From the NCBI GenBank assembly GCA_030390025.1, contig JASTWF010000348.1, forward strand, positions 248,001 to 312,000: a stretch of DNA of 64,000 bases. The letters run 5' to 3'. The translations under genes and the position numbers were made by a program. Of this stretch, positions 61,100 through 64,000 are shown one piece after another (positions within the stretch are counted from its first letter, which is position 1; the number at the start of each line of letters is the position of its first letter). The DNA comes from Squalus acanthias (lineage: Eukaryota). Below the pieces are notes generated by a model. It saw only the letters and a program-made list of their open reading frames with translations. It did no database searches and was not told where the DNA came from.

Positions 61100-61465
61100 C
61101 TCTTCTTCTTAGGCAGTCCCTGGGAACCGAGGATGACTTGCTTCCACACTAACAATGGGTTCTCAGGTGACTGATGAGTCCAATGCGGGACCTACAGTCT
61201 CTGTCACAGGTGGGGCAGACGGTGGTTGAAGGGACAGGTGGGTGGGGTGCTTGGGTTGGCGTGCGCTCCTTGCGCTTGGCTTCCGCTGGCTCCCGGCGAA
61301 GAGACTCCAGGCGTTCGGCGCCTTCCCCGGATGCCTCTCCTCCACTTTGTGCGGTCTTGGGCCAGGGGATTCCCAGGTGTCAGTGTGGGGGACGTTGCAC
61401 TTTTTCAAGGAGGCTTTGAGGGCCTCCTTGAAGCCTTTCCTCTGCCCGCCTGGCGAGTGGGTCAA
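61100..61465 (-). mobile_element. RTE-clade LINE 3' fragment inserted in a degenerate + strand CR1 (60945-61095 / 61470-61725)
   Basis: Minus-strand GGQRKGFKEALKASLKKC...TDTWES..QDRTKWRRGI resembles RTE ORF C-termini; AAGAAGAG-type tail. Clade assigned from recall. Confidence 0.65.
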
Positions 61466-61725
61466 TAGCCAAAGGCCATAGACTCAAAAATCATTGGCCA
61501 AAGGATGTAGAGGGGAGCTGAGGAGAAATGTTTTCATTCAGAGTGTTGTCGGGATCTGCAACGCTCTCCCTGAAAAGGGGGCGGGAGCTTTTTCCACAAA
61601 TGATTTTCAAAGGGAGTTGGACGGGCACTTGAGGATGTGGAACTGACAGGGTTACGGACAGAAAGGAGGGGGGCGCGGAACGAAGCACAGGCTCGACGGG
61701 CCGAATGGCCTCCGACTGTGTTGTA

Positions 61726-62430
61726 TAGAAACATAGAAACATAGAAGATAGGAGCAGGAGTAGGCCATTCGGCCCCTCGAGCCTGCTCCGCCATTCAATG
61801 AGATCATGGCTGATCATCCAAACTCAGTACCCTGTCCCTGCCTTCTCCCCATATCCCTTGATCCTTTTAGCTTTAAGAAATATATCTAACTCATTCTTGA
61901 ATATATTTAATGAATTGGCCTCTACTGCCTTCTGTGGCAGAGAATTCCACAGGTTCACCACTCTCTGGGTGAAGAAATTCTTCCTCATTTCTGTCCTAAA
62001 TGTCTTACCCCTTATCCTTAGACTATGACCCCTGGTTCTGGACTCTCCGACCATCGGGAACATCCTTCCTGCATCTAGTTTGTCCAGACCTGTCGGAATT
62101 TTATATGTTTCGATGAGATCCCCTCTCATTCTTCTATACTCCAGCGAGTATAAGCCCAATCGACCCAATCTCTCCTCATATGTCATTCCTGCCATCCCAG
62201 GTATCAGCCTGGTGAATCTTCGCTGAACTCCTTCCATGGCAAGAACATCCTTCCTCAGACAAGGCGACCAAAACTGCACACAGTACTCAAGGTATGGTCT
62301 CACCAAGGCCCTGTACAACTGCAGCAAGACATCCTTGCTCCTGTACTCGAATCCTCTCGCTATGAAGGCCAACATACCATTTGCCTTCTTCACCGCCTGC
62401 TGCACCTGCATGCTTACCTTCAGTGACTGG
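61726..62430 (-). mobile_element. CR1 LINE 3' fragment with (TTCTATGT)n tail
   Basis: ORF 61824-62411 is highly similar to 8376-8939. Confidence 0.93.
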
Positions 62431-62493
62431 TTCTATGATTCGATGATTCTATGAAAAGTAATGCCTCTGTGTTTTCCTTTTGTCCTCCGGCAG

Positions 62494-62632
62494 AAATGCA
62501 CTGAGAAGGGTCCCACGGGCCTACAGTGGATCTCCTCCATCTCAGGCCTCCGTCAGCAGCAAGCCCTGGCTGTGCGTCATATTGGCCATCAGCACCATCC
62601 TGCTCGTGCTTGCCATGGCACTCTTCAATTTC
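62494..62632 (+). CDS. ADCY4: ADCY4-like exon G (transmembrane helix), with a 1-nt insertion/frameshift at 62550-62551
   Basis: GCAG acceptor (62492-62493), GTGAGT donor at 62633; 139 nt. KCTEKGPTGLQWISSISGL is in one frame and VSSKPWLCVILAISTILLVLAMALFNF in the +1 frame; removing one C gives a 46-codon phase 0/0 exon. Confidence 0.88.
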
Positions 62633-62711
62633 GTGAGTAGTCTCCAGGTTTCGCCCCCTCCCCCATTCCCCTTTCCTCCTTTCCCCACCCCCCCCCACCC
62701 CCCCCGAATCC

Positions 62712-63075
62712 AGACAGACTAGACACAGGAAGGATGTTCCCGATGGCGGGGGAGTCCAGAACCAGGGGTCACAGTCTAAGGATAAGGGGTAAGCCATTTA
62801 GGACAGAAATGAGGAGGAATTTCTTCACCCAGAGAGTGGTGAACCTGTGGAATTCTCTACCACAGAAGGTAGTTGAGGCCAAGTCATTAAATATATTCAA
62901 GAAGGCGTTAGATATATTTCTTAAAGCTAAAGGGATCAAGGGATATGGGGAGAAAGCAGGGACAGGGTACTGAGCTTGGATGATCAGCCATGATCTCATT
63001 AAGTGGCGGAGCAGGCTCGAGGGGCTGAATGGCCTACTCCTGCTCCTATCTTCTATGTTTCTATGTTTCCATGCC
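62712..63075 (+). mobile_element. CR1 3' fragment with (TTCTATGT)n tail
   Basis: ORF 62734-62973 plus 3' UTR; inverted homolog of 61726-62085. Confidence 0.92.
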
Positions 63076-63082
63076 TCTATAG

Positions 63083-63460
63083 GTCAGTGTCAGCCATGAC
63101 TCAGTCGATCTCACACTCTCGCCTGTGAATCAGCAGGTCGTGGGTTCGAGCCCCCCCGCCCCCCAACTCCAGAGACCCCATCATCCAGGGCCGACACTCC
63201 CCCGGTGCCCGTACTGAGGGAGCTCGGCGTTGTCGGAGGTGCCGACTTTCAAAGGAGACGTTAAACCGAGGGCCCCCCGTCTGCCCGCTCGGGTGGGCGA
63301 AAAAGATCCCACGGAAGAAGAGCAGGGGAGTGTCCGGGGTGGGGCGGGGGGGCGGTTCGATATTTATCCCTCAATCATCTTCATCGATTATGGGGTCACT
63401 ATTGCATTAACCGGTTGTGGGATCGTGCTGTGTGTAATTTGGGTGAGTGGGTGTGACCGT
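63083..63460 (+). mobile_element. Degenerate tRNA-derived SINE
   Basis: Head with GGGTTCGAGCCC B-box; body GAGACGTTAAACCGAGG...ATATTTATCCCTCAATC as in 9390-10325. Confidence 0.75.
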
Positions 63461-63487
63461 ACAGAGAGAGGGAGACAGAAAGAGAGA

Positions 63488-64000
63488 GAGGTTATCCACT
63501 TTGGTGTCAAAAACAGAAAGGCAGACTATTATCTGAATGGCAATAGATTGGGAAAAGGGGAAGTGCAACGAGACCTGGGTGTCCTTGTGCACCAATCGCT
63601 GAAGGTAAGCATGCAGGTGCAGCAGGCGGTTAAGAAGGCAAATGGTATGTTGGCCTTCATAGCGAGAGGGTTTGAGTACAGGAACAAGGATGTCTTGCTG
63701 CAGTTATACAGGGCCTTGGTGAGACCACCACCTTGAGTATTGTGTGCAGTTTTGGTCGCCTTATCTGAGGAAGGATGTTCTTGCCATGGAAGGAGTTCAG
63801 CGAAGATTCACCAGGCTGATACCTGGGATGGCAGGAATGACGTATGAGGAGAGATTGGGTCGATTGGGCTTATACTCGCTGGAGTTTAGAAGAATGAGAG
63901 GGGATCTCATTGAAACTTATAAAATTCTGACAGGACAGGACAAACTAGATGCAGGAAGGATGTTTCCGATGGCGGGGGAGTCCAGAACCAGGGGTCACAG
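63488..64000 (+). mobile_element. CR1 fragment running off the window end
   Basis: EVIHFGVKNRKADYYLNG...KKANGMLAFIARGFEY; shows the uninterrupted form of the PLE target site. Confidence 0.92.

Overview
Eukaryotic (vertebrate) genomic DNA. The repeat landscape (CR1/L2/RTE LINE fragments, tRNA-derived SINEs, a GIY-YIG Penelope-like element) points to a cartilaginous fish; this is inference. The only host gene I can support is a + strand group II transmembrane adenylyl cyclase (ADCY2/4/7 family, best matching ADCY4). Seven internal exons (4800-4982, 13918-13961, 14068-14145, 18278-18347, 57734-57831, 59182-59266, 62494-62632) have canonical AG/GT ends and compatible phases, and encode the C1b region and the start of the M2 membrane block. 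The last exon carries a 1-nt insertion (frameshift) in this sequence. One 39.4-kb intron is almost entirely a ~37.6-kb, ~1250-copy 30-bp TG-rich satellite that ends on the predicted branch point, and two other minisatellites also end just upstream of acceptor sites. The first intron holds a 2.9-kb fold-back (palindromic) Penelope-like insertion with a 14-bp TSD and a minimal hammerhead-ribozyme motif at each end, nested in a CR1 that is nested in a SINE. A Harbinger-like MITE, many CR1 fragments, a 45-bp tandem array and a 200-N gap make up the rest. There is no CRISPR or prokaryotic system, and the very long ORFs in the track are satellite artefacts.
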